DNA of 60,455 nucleotides, counting the filler. It is 5 parts of 5 records of this genome, joined end to end, with 100 filler letters (N's around TTAATTAATTAA, not from the genome) between each part and the next. Parts side by side here need not be neighbours in the genome. Positions count along the whole stretch, not along the records: positions 31,387 to 44,356 come from DRR378314_1887; positions 44,457 to 53,891 come from DRR378314_1892; 3 more parts are not named here. One strand, 5' to 3'. This document shows, one piece after another, positions 31,387 through 44,586 of this stretch. The notes beneath the pieces were generated by a model. The model ran no database searches. It was given only the letters and a program-made list of their open reading frames with translations, and was not told the DNA's origin. Position numbers and translations under genes: made by a program. The number at the start of each line of letters is the position of its first letter. Position 1 is the first letter of the stretch.

Positions 31387-34300
31387 CCCCCCCCCCCCAC
31401 CCCGCCGCCGCGCGGTACACGGCATGGCGGGGCAGCACGATACGCGTGCGCGCGCGCGGGGCCAAGTGGCGCCATGCAACGGCTATGCTGCTGCGAAGGA
31501 CGCGGCTCTGGCACTGATACTCCCTGCTTTAGCGCTTTCCGTATGGCGACCTGCGCGACGCTGCACTCGGCGCGTACATGGCTACGCTGGCCCCTACCGC
31601 CACGGCACACGCGCAGGCTGCATACCTTGTCAAGAAAGATGAACATCGAGGCCATGTGCTGCGGAGGCTGCGGTTGCTGGCGGAGCCGGAGCAGGTTCAT
31701 CGACGCGTACCGGACAAACGCCTCGAGCTGCAGGCGGATGCGCGAGCTTATCTGCTCGTGTGCAACGCCTCCGAGCTCGGGGCGCACGCACTCGAACGCG
31801 GCGACAAGCGCTTGCAGCGTCGTTGCGAGCGTGTGGATGTTGTTTGCGTGCGCATCGAGCGATACGCGGTACTCGGACTCTGCCCACACTTTGCTGTACA
31901 TGGAGCATGCAAATAGCGCCGGCAACAGACCCCACAAGTCGGCCTCGTCTGCGTTGGTCTTGTACTCGGTGATGTAGAGGCGCAGCATCGGATCGGCGTC
32001 GCCGATGTCAACACCGCAGTCGTAGGCCAGCATGTCTGCGGAGACGAACGCTGGGTCGAACATGACGTACTGCGGGTACTGCTCGTTTGCCGTCTGCACG
32101 CATTCGTGCACGAGCGGCAGCCGCTCGGAGAGCACGTGCGCGAGAGCCTCGTGGAGAAGCGAGCGGAACGAGAGAAAGACGCCGATCGCGGCTGCTGTGC
32201 GCACAAAGCCGTCGAGTCCTTCGGCAGTTGTGGCGATCTTGGCGGCGGCGCTGTCGTCGGTGTACGCCTCGGTGAACCGCATGAGCGGGTCCCTGTTCAC
32301 AACGAGCGATTCGCGGATGCCCCGCACGTATCCACGGATGATATCGCATACGTCGCGGTCGATTGCTTTGACGCCGTACGGCCCGATGATCTGACAGAGC
32401 GCGCGGAGTTCCATAATGTCGAGGTACTCCTCGGCGCGTATCTTGTTTCCTGGCCGCGAGATGAAGCCCTTTCGCAGCGTCGAGAAGTACACGCCTTGCG
32501 CTTCGATGATGTAGCGCTTGATGAAGTTGATCAGCCAGTTGGAAATGTGCGCAATGAGCGGCGGCTCACTGCCGCGGTCTGCAGCGCGGGCGTCGTCGTC
32601 GCCGTCGCCTCCGGCAGCGGCAGCGGCCTTGGCGGCTTCCGCTGCCTCGATGTCGGCGGCAGTGCCTTTGTCGGGCGACACGTCGTCGAGCTCTTCGGGC
32701 GCGGAAGGGCTCAGGCTGCCCGGGACAATGCGGTTGTACAAGGCTGTCATCAAAACGCGGCGTACAATGGCGTCGACGTCGAGCGGGCAGTAGAACTCGA
32801 CCGTCTTGAGCGACGTGAGATACGCGGAGAGCCATGCGTGCGCTTGCGAGGGCCTGGCGAGCCCGCCCCCGTCTGGCATGAAGCAGCGGCGCACAAAGTC
32901 GCGCGTTGCGTTGAAGAGAATGTCGTGCAGGAACTCGAGCGGCGCGAATTCGCAGTCGTAGACGATGATCGATCCACTCTCAGTAATTGCCGTGAGCAGC
33001 AGCGAGGCAGTCTTGGAGAGCAGGCGGATATTTTCGACCGCGGCGCGGTTCCGCGGCAGGCTTTCGAATCCGGGCATGATCGACTCGGACAGCTCTTGCC
33101 CGCGCGCGACCACGGCGTGCCTGCGGGCAGCCTCGACAGGGCCCGTCGACTCTGCGAGCGCCAAGTAACCGGAGGTGGCAAGAGACTCGATTGCAGACGA
33201 CGCAGATTTGGCTACGTGCTCGATGTACTGGTTGGCAATCTGGACCGCCTTGCGGCCGATGAACTCCCGCTCGCTGGCGACAAACGGGTGCGCGTTGTCG
33301 GAAACAACGTTGAGGATCCGCACGATGGCCATGCAGTGCGAGGGGTGGTCACCGCCACGGATTTGAATGACTTGCGTAAACATCTTCTGCACCTCTTGCA
33401 TGTGCCACCATAGCTCGCGCATGCTCGATACTTCATCGAGGAAGCGGTCAATGTCGTCGACGAAGCGCGTGTGCACGCACAGCAGCCGCATGATGTCGGC
33501 GAGGTCACGGACCTTGTGAATGGCGGTGGCGCTGTTTGCCGAGCAGAACGAGGCGAGCGCGCGATACCAGTTGAGGCGGAATGCATCGAGCTTGCGCACA
33601 CTTGCATCGGCTGCCGCATCACTCGCTGCGGTGCCAGCGGCGGCCAGCAGCTCAAGATTGGCGCGGAGAATGCGCTGCACACCCTGGTCCATGGGCATTT
33701 TCAGGACCTTTTCGGTGATATGCGCAAGGTTCTCGTGGTGCAAACCTGAGCAGTACTCGACGTAGTAGGCGGAAATGACGCCGCGGTACTGCGTCACCAG
33801 GCGCGCGAGCTTGTCTGCGTAGTAGATCAGCTCACTGACGACCTCGCTGCTATAGTCTGTCGCGTACAGCGTGCGCTTCTGCGCGCCCTTCTGGCCAATG
33901 TGCTCGAAGTAGTGCAGGACCTCGCGGCGAGCCATGCTGAGAGCAACGAATACGACCTGGACCTTGGGGCCCAAAATTCCTGGCGAGTCGTTGATAAAGT
34001 TGACCAGATTGCGCATTTCCATGGCCAGATACTTACGGCGCTGGAGGCGGCGGCGGTAGATCTCCTGGTTTGTGCTCTGCACGAGCTCCTTGAAGAACTG
34101 CTTGTGCGGTTTGCGGGTCAGATCCAGCTCCGGGGTCTTGTACGTGGAGAATAGCTCGTGCACGGCGTCGTACGCATTGAACATGATGTCGCGCATGATG
34201 GGAAGCGCAAAGCCGTCGTACAGCGCGCAGCGCAGAATCTCCGTCGCGCTGTCGCGGATGAGCTCTGCTGGGCAGATGAGAAATCCGTACACGATCCACT

Positions 34301-37300
34301 CCATAAAGTCACCGAGGTGAAAGAGGTCAAGCATGAGCGGTTCCTGCACGGGGTGGTCGATTTCGTCGAGCTTCTCGAGCACTGAGAGCACGCCTTCTTT
34401 CTGGAGCCGCGTCGGATCCGACCCCTTGAGCAGCGGATTCTGCAGCGAGACGAGAACCTCTCCGATGCGCGACGACATGGACTGGAATTCGCTGCGCAGA
34501 AACTCGAGCGGCGTGTGCAAGTCCTTGACGTACGTTGACAGTCTGCATGAGCGCACGCGCAGTACCGCCGCGGTTGAGGAGGAGAAGGCGGTTCGCTGGG
34601 CAAAGAGGTAGGGGCTAGACGCGCGACGCTGCGTAGCGCGGTGGTTCGTTTTGCGTGCGGGAAGCTGTGATAAGGCCCCGAATGCACCAGGCTCGCCGCC
34701 AGGGTTGCGCGCCGGCTCGGGGGCGGGGGTTCTAGCGCTACGACAGACTGCACACGCGATGCCGTCTGGCGATATTCTGCAAGCGACTGCAAGACGCCAC
34801 TATGCAGCTATATCAGATAGAAAGAATTGGAAGCGCAGAGATTTACGTCGACGGTTACTGTGGCAAGTTCGGGAGAGCGGAGTGGGCGTGCATGTAGGGC
34901 AGAACCCAAGCTGGTCGGAAAGGAGGAGATGGGGCGCCATTCGTTCTGGGGCGACACCGCAAACTGCAACGGCAAGCGAACAAGGACCAATAAAGGTAGA
35001 GGGCTACAACCACGATTGCAGATGTGGAACATGAGGATTTGTTCAGGAATACGAACAATAGCTCACATGAACTTGCTTGCGTTTTGCACATTCCCAGCGC
35101 TTCTCCTTGCGCCCGTTTGAAAGCACCTACCCGAAGCGCAGGCTTTGCATGCATATTTCGAAAGACCTGCACGATCAACGTACTTGTTGTAGTTTTCTTC
35201 GTTTGTTCGCTGGGCTTCTTGCATGGCCAATGCGTAAAGGGACACGATGAGCTGAAAGTCCGGGCAACGCGCCACGAGCAGATGCGTCCGCGCGTACTCG
35301 CAAAACAGGTTCATGAAGCCGTGCACGAGATCAGGGCACTCCCCGTACTGCAATGCGCCAGCACCGAGAGGTTCCGCACACGGGTGTCAGGAGCATATCC
35401 ATCAGGGCGGGGTCCTTCCCGATGCCACAACGGCAATGCACATACTGGCAATAGCGGAAGGGGAAGACACACTGCGCAAGTGCACACGACAAGAGTGGTG
35501 GAGGCACTGCTCTGGGGCAGACATCTCGCCCCCGGCGGGCCCGCGATCTCGCAGATCTGATTCGTGCACTCTCCACAGCAACGTGCGCGAACAGGCGACG
35601 CAAAACGCATTCGCAAACAACAGAAGAAGTTTGCGCGTCGAACGATTTGTACGGACCGGAGTGCGGATGCAAGCAAACGCAGAAAACGCGCAAGGGTAGC
35701 GCGATGCAAACGTTTGTTATCCGGCAAACTCGGCTCGCTGGAGAACACCGCATACTGCAGCGGCGGCGAATACATCCATTGGCACTTGCATCTCGGCGTA
35801 GGCTACACGATCCGGTCGTGCGTTTTCGAGAAGAACTAGTGTCTGGTGTGCAATGCGATACGCGCTGCGCAGCCGAACCGCACCTTCATGTTCATGATGT
35901 TCTGGCTCATATCTTTAAGGAGAGCAAACGCTTCTTCTTTGAACTGGAGCAGATCCACAAACGTGCGGTAATGTGGCTTCAGCTCTTCAATTATATTTTT
36001 TGCATTGTCCCGAAACGCCGAGTATTGCGGTGCCTACGCGCACGAAAAAAAAGCGAAACAAACAAACAAACGGTAGAGTCGGGGTTGGCAACAGACACGA
36101 GCGGCTTAGCTCGCGCTCACCGCTAGCGCCACTGCTTCGGAGATGGCGCAGCGGGACCCATACATGCCAATGTACCTGCGAGGCAAGCTGTGGCTCTACA
36201 GAAGCACCATGCGACTCATTCTAGGCGATTATAACGACGCGCGGTGAGAAAAGAATTGCGTTGGCATGGAATGGCGAGGTGCCAGCGTCCAACATGGCAC
36301 AACGCCACAGTATGCAGCAGCTCGGCAATTCCACGCGTGTTGACCTGCGGAATTCTTTTCGACGCCACTACTCACAGTCTCTAGCAGAACATACCTTTTC
36401 CAAGAACTCCGGAAACTCTGGAAACGTTCGTGCAACTTCTTTGCGAAAGCGGTCTGTACGGTTGTCGTTCAGGCACTGCACGAAAACAGAGCGACATGGA
36501 AACACACCGCTGTCGTTCAGGAGCGTCTCGTGCCGGGCAGGTTGTGCACCACAGCGCAGCGCGGTTCCGAACCTGGAAACACGCCTGCAGTACCGTATGG
36601 CTTCACGCAGCTGCAGGCGCTTCAAAGCGAGCCTCCCTAGGGAGCTTTTGTACGTCGAATCAACTTTGGTGGCTTACATTCGTTTCTACATGCGTCGTGA
36701 AAGAATTAACCTCGCAAATGCACGCCCGCGCGCAGGGCAGGTGCAGCGCGATACGCGCAGCCCGCAGCAGCTGGCGGCAGAAGCGTCTGCCTGCCTGTGC
36801 CACTGTACGGTCCCATAGCGCAGCGGCGAACGAAGCGCGCCGAAGCAAGCGCCGTTCCCTGGGACACAAACACTATTTTTAAACTAGAACTCCGTCGCAA
36901 TAGTCTGACAGTTCATGCTTGAGGCGGTAGCTATTCCTTTCAAACACGGGCAATCGCTCCAGTGCACGCAGAGGCAGAGCCCGTCGAGTAGGAAAGCTGC
37001 ATGGCGACGGCGCAGCGGCAGCGTCACCGTGCGCAGGCAGCAGCGGCGACGTGTATACACAAACACTCTGCCGAGTCCTGGTGTGAAAGCGAACATCGTC
37101 GGCGCTCAGCCGGAGCACATCTGCACTAATCATGACATCATGTGATAAATAAAAGTCGCATCGGGTGCCGCTATGCGCAGAATCCTGAGCAAGCGCGAGC
37201 AAGCAGAGCTGGAGTAGCACCTGGGCCGCTCTCGTGCCTTCCCCCCCTCTTGGCGCAGGCCAGCATGCGAGGGCGTGTATGGCTACAAGCTGCACGCGGC

Positions 37301-37977
37301 TAACATTGTGTGCCCGGCATTGGAATCAAACATAGGGGTTTGGCTGGTAACGAGAAGCACCGAAACATATTTTCAATCATTCTCGACGTGGCGAGAGGCA
37401 CGGTGGCCGCCAAGGAGCGAGATATAGCAAGCCCGTTTGCGCTGTAGAGGGTAGGGCACTACGAAGCCATCTGCCTGCCAGCAGCAGAGGCTGCACGGCA
37501 GAGCAACGCCAACGCAGCGCAAGGTAGCAGGTGCTTCCTCGCCTTCCGCGCTCGCAACACAGCCCGCTGTGACAGCTGGTGACGGGACCATCCAGCCGAT
37601 ACTGCGAGTCGACCAGCGAGAACTATATATAAAAAAGGTGCAACTATGGGGAAATGGGCGCTCATGGGAAGCCTACCGCCCCGAAAGGTGGGTACGTGTG
37701 TGGCAACGGAGGGCAACCTTTCACGGAATCGGCGCACAACCGCGTCGCGCGCGCGAGCTCTCCCACGGAGCAGGCTGAGCCAAGCCGCTTCCCGTGCTGC
37801 GGCACCTTTTCGTCCTGTTGCGCTCACAGCTGCGCACCGCATGCACCGTGTCTCACTCTTTCTTGCAACGCAGACTGTGCCTACCTGGATATTCGCTCGG
37901 CATAGGTGGAACAGCCGCGTCTTGGTACCGGCCGCAACTTCTTCCAAGACAAGCAGGCGTTCTGCGTACTTCGCCAT
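31387..37977 (-). CDS. NCKAP1: Spliced Nck-associated protein 1 (Nap1/Hem, WAVE/SCAR complex subunit); 3' end probably truncated by the contig end
   Basis: Phase-consistent exons 37977-37885 (MAKYAERLLVL..TRLF), 36475-36395, 36033-35884 (YRTFVDLLQFK), 35347-35184 and 34542-31626. Motifs RRKYL..DSPGILGPKVQVVFVALSMARREV and AEEYLDIMELRALCQIIGPYGVK. Confidence 0.92.
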
Positions 37978-40079
37978 TGTCGTTGACGGTGCGCACGTTC
38001 CCGAGACCTGCGCGCCCCGACGATTTTCTGCAGCGCACGCTGTCCTGTCTTGTAGCCCCAGGCGACCGCTCTCGGTCCGGGAGTACAGTGGAACTGATCA
38101 AGTACACGGGTTAGGGCGCAGAGAATCTGTCGACATGAAAGTAGGGTTGAAAACAGAGCGAATCTGCATGCAACACGGTCGTGTACAGGCGCAGCTCAGA
38201 AGCGTGCAGTGGGGCTGATCAAGAAGTGAAATGCGGTAGGGTCTCTATATCTCTCTGAAATCCCGTAGCTGATCAGAGGTCCCTGCCTGCTGAGCGCTCC
38301 GGTTGCACCCTCTCATCGCGCAAAGGGCGCTTGCATCCGTGTATATCAGAGCGCCGTCCCTGCCCACATTGAATCACTACGCGCCAGTGTTGTCGTATGC
38401 AAAAAAATAATATAAATATAATAAAATATATTTATATTTGACGACGGAAACCACTGCCTTGGTTATAGAACCCGAAGTTGTGCTCTGCTGCAGATGCGCG
38501 GCCAAGGCGCGCGATTGCTGCTATTGAAGGTCGCCTCCCCGCTTGCGGACGTCAGTTGCTGAAGCTGGCATGGCGCCCGCTGGTCTACGTGTTTAGCGTT
38601 TGTGCTGGCGCACGCGGTTCTCCCCAAGGGCGTCCGCAGTCATGGCGGCGGGAATGTGAGCGTGCAATCCGAAGAACGTGGGCGCTTCCTCTTTCTGCCT
38701 CCTAGAATCCTTGCCTGTGCGTGGTTGTGGTGAGCAAGTGCTGCGGAGCTTGTGGCGCGCGACTTGGATAGCGGGAGCAAGATGCGGCGACCGTTGGCGT
38801 AAGGTGGTTGCTGGCTCTGCTTGGTATGGCACCGCAGTGCTTGCCTTCTCTCTTCTGGACCGCATTCCTTTGTAGACAAGTTTCCGATAGAATAGGATTC
38901 TATGCGGGATGTAGAAGTTTGGAAACGGTGCCGACTGCTGCACGTTGCGGCGCAGCGCGTTGCAACGCGGTGGCCGCGTGCAATGGCTGTGGACGGGCGT
39001 GTCGCAGAGTAGAAGTTTCGGTGACTGCGTATGCGCCGAGAACAAAATGTCGCGTTCGTGTCTAGTTCCGACTTGTGATTGCATTTGGGAGTGCGGAACA
39101 AGTGGATTCGACGACGCGGGCTTAAAGGCACCTACGCCGCTGTACTTTGCCTGTCTTGTCCATGTCCGCCACTGGCCCCTTGCGCACTCGGCGGCTTCGC
39201 CGATTGCTAGCACGCTCGGGCTGCGAGCAGCTTGGAGTTTGCGCGGCTGCAGCGAAAGCGCGTCGCTTCTTCGCTCAGAGGTTTTCCAGTGGCCCTTGTC
39301 GATTACACTGTGTGCTGGCGTTTAGTCGAGGTCGAGTTTGCGGCAATGCGTCGCTGCTCAGGTCTGAGTGGCGTCACCCGGCGAGGATAGATATGCTGAG
39401 GGATCACCGTCCGTTCTGGGCTGTCGTTTGTGGCATTTCGCACGGGTGCTGCGTTTCATCGCGGGTGAATGGCCTGGCGCGTAAACCAACTTATCGACAC
39501 ATTGCAAGAACGCCTCGTCCCACTCCAGTGTATTGCCATTGGATGGGGTACTTATCACCAGGTAGAGATGCAGAGATGCCATGGCGACTCGTGCCGGGTT
39601 GCACAGAAGGCACACGGTGCTTCTGTCCCAGTGATGCTCTCGGAAGTGTGCACCGCGAGTTGCTTACCCATGTATTGCGCAGGAAATAAAATGTTTTTGT
39701 CGTGTATGCATGCATTTTGTGTCGACAATGACCTAAGCTGCAAATCTACGCAGCAAAGTCGCTACAAGGAGGCAAGGACGTCGCATGGAGCAACGCCGTG
39801 TTTCACTCGAGAAAGTGCTCGTCAACAATGGGATACGCAGCATCCCAGACCCGATCCTCCAAGGATTCGGGCAAGGGCACACCTCCTAAGCGATTGCACG
39901 CAGCGTGCCATGCCCTCCTGCACTGCTCGAGCCGACAAGCTTCCTGAAAGAGCGCGCACAACCGACGCAAGAACCAGTGCACTCTTGTTACATTCCGATG
40001 TCGGTAACACTTGCCAGAGCGGACAACGCTGCCTTGCGAGCTTGCACAGGACAGAAAATATGCACCCTCCTTTGGCATT

Positions 40080-40808
40080 CTATAGCAGCGCAATCTGCAT
40101 TGGCAGCCGCTTCTCGCGCCGCGGGATGTTCCCGACCACATAGCCGGAGAACAGCACCTCACGGTACTGACAAGTAGCTGAACGTACGATGATTGCATCT
40201 TCCAGTGACATATCGCGCCATTGCAATCGACCAATGTGACGCTTCGCGTCGGGATGCCCGACATTATTGGCACGTGCGAGCAACATAATTCGCTCGCTAT
40301 AAAGGGCAGGATCGCGTTCGCCCATATCTAGCGCCGCTTCGGTGATGCTCGCGTGCATGGAAACAAGCCGGAGCATGGATTGTCCAGTGCGTTGCGGTGA
40401 AATACAGGGACTGGAAAGCGATATTTTCCGCACATTCGACGCTGGAGCCGCGAGCGATGCGATGAGCTCCTCCGCAGCGTGATCCGATATATGCAACGAG
40501 GATAGCGCCAGAGTCTGTAGCTTAATTCCTTGGCGAATTGCATCCGCCAACGCCATGACCGTGTTGTCGCCGATGTGATTATCTGTGAGAGTCAACGCGA
40601 TAGTGTGAGATGCAAGTAACGCAAGATCCCCCGCGCTTGATTCCGTAATGCCGCACTGGATGAAAGAGAGCTCCTTGCACAAGGGCAATACCTTCAGTTC
40701 GCGCGCCAGAGCCGGCAGAGCACCGGGTGCAAACTCGCATCCGATTGCACAGATGCTGCCCTGTGGGCCTACATGCACGTCAGGGTTAAGACCGGGAAAA
40801 AGGCGCAC
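40080..40808 (-). CDS. RNI-like leucine-rich-repeat coding block (possibly a downstream exon of the 41761-43299 gene)
   Basis: LTLTDNHIGDNTVMALADAI, LQTLALSSLHISDHAAEELIASL. Confidence 0.6.
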   Translation of the reverse strand: MRLFPGLNPDVHVGPQGSICAIGCEFAPGALPALARELKVLPLCKELSFIQCGITESSAGDLALLASHTIALTLTDNHIGDNTVMALADAIRQGIKLQTLALSSLHISDHAAEELIASLAAPASNVRKISLSSPCISPQRTGQSMLRLVSMHASITEAALDMGERDPALYSERIMLLARANNVGHPDAKRHIGRLQWRDMSLEDAIIVRSATCQYREVLFSGYVVGNIPRREKRLPMQIALL

Positions 40809-41610
40809 ATTACCGCAACGTTAGCGCTCGCTCTCGTTTCCGCTGATGCGAGCAGGTAATGTCACAACTCATCGCATTGGAGATCGCGGAGTCTTGCCTG
40901 GCAAGGACTCGAACAAATCAACATGGCATGGTCCGTCGATGGCACGGTCGCCATGAACGGTGACTCGCAGAACACATGGGCTGCTTGTCCTGGGCAAACT
41001 CGTTCGTGCAGATTGCTCCGTGCGTTGGAACACTACAAAAGCAGCGCTGTGGTCCCTACCAAGATTTCAACGAGCATACAGACGAGGAAAAATATATTTC
41101 GCACGGCTACGAAAAATGTATGCGCACCCGGGTACGAAGAAGCGGGTGGTTGCTGGTGGACAGGCTCCGGAAACTCTGAGCCACTCGGTGATACTCGTCT
41201 TTCCAACCAGCCAGGGAGCCCTCGCTGATACTGCGCGTCGGACTGCATGTACATCCTGGGGGTTTTGCGCATGCGACTTGGTACAAACGTGTAATGTTTA
41301 CTTTCTGTAGCGTCGGGCGTGCCGTGGTAGCCGGTGCTACGCTCTCTCGTCCGGGCAGCATCTCGGCATGGGGTATGGGGAGCACGAGCAACATGGTTCA
41401 GGCTCGAGATGCCATCCACTGTGTATATCCGAGAGAGCCGCGCGGGTGCGGGTACCAATTTCAAAGCAAGAAGATTCAAAACGCACGCCTAAGCTTTCCA
41501 GACACTATACGCAGAGCGAAGCGTGCCCGTATGCATGGGAAGTCGCAAACGATGGGCTAGTGGCGGGTTCGGATCGGTGCCCTGGGAGAAGAGCTTGACG
41601 TGAGCTCACG

Positions 41611-41637
41611 TGCCACCTTGCCACCTTGCCACCTTGC
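41611..41637. repeat. Short tandem repeat (TGCCACCT)x3
   Basis: tgccaccttgccaccttgccaccttgc read directly. Confidence 0.7.
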
Positions 41638-41760
41638 AATCTAGCTGCCAAAGCACCCCGCCCTCTACGAATCAAGGCGTTGTCGCCACTGTACTTCTGG
41701 GAAAGTTGAAACTACCGCACATACATCGTATTGCGTACCCGTGCTACCGAATGCACAGGG

Positions 41761-43299
41761 CTAGAGCGGCGGGGATCGTGGCTTGGGACGGGGACGATCC
41801 CCGCCGCTTTGCCATAATCCAAGACGCGCAAGCTTAGTGCTCCACCACGTACCGCAAGTCTCGCGGTTCGAAGAACAGGCGGTCGCGTGAAGACGTTGAA
41901 ACATGCCGCGAGCAAGACGCCCCGCTGCACCAGACGTTAGAACCATATTTTGGATGGCCACCGTTCCAGCGTCGGACTCTGCCAACGCTCGGTTCACGGC
42001 AAGAACAGAGGCCACTTCGCACAGCGCCGTCTGCCGTGGCGACGCGGGTGGACCAGGCATGCCAAGTTCGGATTCCACCTTGGGGCCCATTTCATTGTCT
42101 GAATCATTGCGACGCGCACGATGTGCTGAAGCAGTATCGAAAGGACACTGTACAGGCGCGAGCAGATGGGACGCGGCGTGTTCCGCGCTCGCCGCGCTCC
42201 GCGCGACCGGCTCGTGTGCGTCGGGAGCAAAGAGGTCGTGGATCAGCTCAGAACGGCCAGTGTCGCCCGCAGCCTGCGAGCGTAGCGAGACTTCGTGTGG
42301 CCCGTCGTTCGCCCCTTCATTTTCGGTGTCGAACCCGACGTATAGCGTATTGTTCCGGCTGGCAAGTGCACTTTGCAGAAGATCGCGCTGGCTTCTCGGA
42401 AGCGGATTGCCAAATAGCCCAAGCTCTTGCAGCGCTGGTGCTCCTGTAGCCAGTGCCGCCGCCAAGCACTGCACTCCGCGACCTCGAACGTCGCATCGCA
42501 CCAAGCGCAGGCTCTCCAGGGCACGAGCCTCGTCCAGAGCTTTCGATACGAGCTCGACTCCAGAGCATCCAATGTGATTTCCTTCGATGTCAAGCTCACG
42601 CATCGCGGGGCAAGTTTGCAAAATGTGCGCCAAGTGCTCGCATCCTCGCGGCCCGATGCCGCACTCGGCCAAGTTCAGGACCGCAAGCGACGAGCCGCTG
42701 TGCAGAGCGTTTGCGAGGAGCCTCACGCCCTCATCGCCGATGTGGTTCTGAGAAAGCGTAATTTTCAACCAACAGTCTTGAATTGCATCTGCTATATACT
42801 GTACACCATGTAAGCTTATATTTGCGCGGCTGAGCGAGATCGAGTGCAGCATTGGCGCGCCCGACTTGGTCGCCTCCAACAGCAGCACCGCACCTTGGTC
42901 GCCAACGGGCGCTCCGCGGCAGCGAAACTCACGTATCGTTTGCGAGAGCGCGAGTCCATTGATGACTTTTCGGATCGCGTGTGGCGCTATGTTGCAGCTC
43001 TCCAATAAAATACTTACAAACGCTGGGGTCTTGAGCTGCAAAAGCGCACAAAGAGCGTCTGCTGTGCCGTCGTCGCACTGCACGCCGATGAGCGCTAGCG
43101 AGTGCACCGGCAGCTGTTCCGCGCCGAGCGCTTGCCCAAGGCGCAAGAGAACGTCGCCACGGCAGTCGCCGTGCAAGATAGCCAGCGACTTTTGGCCCGA
43201 GCGAGCGCTGTTCAACGCAATTTCGAGCGTTTTCATACTATGTGGTACTTTTGAAAAAGCGCCAACATCTCTTGTTGCCGAGCTAGGCAGCACGTTCAA
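41761..43299 (-). CDS. RNI-like (~28-residue) leucine-rich-repeat protein, main exon; true ends unresolved
   Basis: ITLSQNHIGDEGVRLLANAL, LNLAECGIGPRGCEHLAHIL, LDIEGNHIGCSGVELVSKAL, LQELGLFGNPL. Confidence 0.8.
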   Translation of the reverse strand: MNVLPSSATRDVGAFSKVPHSMKTLEIALNSARSGQKSLAILHGDCRGDVLLRLGQALGAEQLPVHSLALIGVQCDDGTADALCALLQLKTPAFVSILLESCNIAPHAIRKVINGLALSQTIREFRCRGAPVGDQGAVLLLEATKSGAPMLHSISLSRANISLHGVQYIADAIQDCWLKITLSQNHIGDEGVRLLANALHSGSSLAVLNLAECGIGPRGCEHLAHILQTCPAMRELDIEGNHIGCSGVELVSKALDEARALESLRLVRCDVRGRGVQCLAAALATGAPALQELGLFGNPLPRSQRDLLQSALASRNNTLYVGFDTENEGANDGPHEVSLRSQAAGDTGRSELIHDLFAPDAHEPVARSAASAEHAASHLLAPVQCPFDTASAHRARRNDSDNEMGPKVESELGMPGPPASPRQTALCEVASVLAVNRALAESDAGTVAIQNMVLTSGAAGRLARGMFQRLHATACSSNRETCGTWWSTKLARLGLWQSGGDRPRPKPRSPPL

Positions 43300-44356
43300 G
43301 GAGGAGGACGTGCGCTAGGAATTGCGCACTCAAAGAGTACCGCCGAGCTGGCTGCGGCGTGGGTAGCGCCGGGGCGAGATCACCAAGGCCACAGAAACAC
43401 AACCCTGGTCCCAACCGGTATCGTGGTGGACGAGTCGGCGGCCTCCTCGTCTGGGGAGTACTGCGTGCGATTTCACATCCAGCTGGCGACCATTCATATA
43501 CATGCTCTGTTCCCAGGAGTGCAAGCAGTATGGTTTGGTTATGCATATGCCCTTTGTGCTGTTGTGTCAGACTATCGCAGTGACGGAGGGGGGGAGGGAG
43601 AGCAACGAATGCGATGTGCCGGTGCTGCGCAAACGTCACGATTTTCTGGTTTCTGATTCACGGCATTGTATACATTGGTTTCGGTATCGATTCACCTGGC
43701 AAGGTATTCCCAACTTAAGCTGAATTTGGTGTCGGTCCAGGTGAGATGGAGATGCGTTCTGGAAAGCAGATAGTTGAGCTACTTCATCCGTTGTGGTCAG
43801 GGTGCACGAAGTCAGCCGCTGGTGTGTGTGTGTGCAGCTACGTGACTTCGTGCTGATGACAGGATCTTGACGTGGCGTCATATTTGTACGTTCTCCCGCG
43901 CGTGCTGCTGTATGCGACCCCCTGCAGCAGGCTACTGAAGGAACGGATTACAAGCGTGGCAGTAAGGCACAACTGAAAACGCAGTGTGTAGTTGACGAGA
44001 AAACGTGATCTGTGCATAGAAAACCTTTGGTAGAAGAAGTCTATTGCGGCGCGGCACGTGCAATTTTTGCCAGATACAAATGCGTCTGGCGGGGGAGGGG
44101 GTTGGTCATGTTGCTCGTTCTGCAATTGCTTGGATTTTGGCAGCATGTTGGTGCGATCGGCTGAGGTTAATGATAGTGTATACGCAACAAACGCGGTAAG
44201 ACTTGCGGGTTGGACGTCCGGCCACTAGGACTGGCATGATATGCCACGTGGGGGCATTAACGTGGTGGAGCGTACAATGGAAGTTTTCTCGGTTAGGCTC
44301 TGGCATATCCCAATCTCCGCTACAGCTTGATTGATTTGATTTTATTTTCGTTAGAT

Positions 44357-44456
44357 NNNNNNNNNNNNNNNNNNNNNNNNNNNNNNNNNNNNNNNNNNNN
44401 TTAATTAATTAANNNNNNNNNNNNNNNNNNNNNNNNNNNNNNNNNNNNNNNNNNNN
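44357..44456. other. Artificial contig linker
   Basis: 44N-TTAATTAATTAA-44N. Confidence 0.99.
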
Positions 44457-44586
44457 CGAGGCGCTGCCTCGCGCTCCGAGATATTTGAGAAAAGCTGAAG
44501 GACAGGGCCACGATGTTGTGCTAGTCTGGTGTAGCACCTGCCGTGTTAGCGGTGTTCTCCCCCGATCAGAATTCAAGAGGTAGGTC

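Noticed and set aside
31387-31625. C-terminal extension of the 1073-aa ORF and the poly-C run
   Set aside because: A GTATGC donor follows FIFLDK, so the extension is likely intron read-through; the homopolymer marks the assembly break.
32106-33413. 435-aa plus-strand ORF, and similar long antisense ORFs such as 47500..48495 and 52002..52856
   Set aside because: Shadow ORFs opposite well-supported GC-rich genes.
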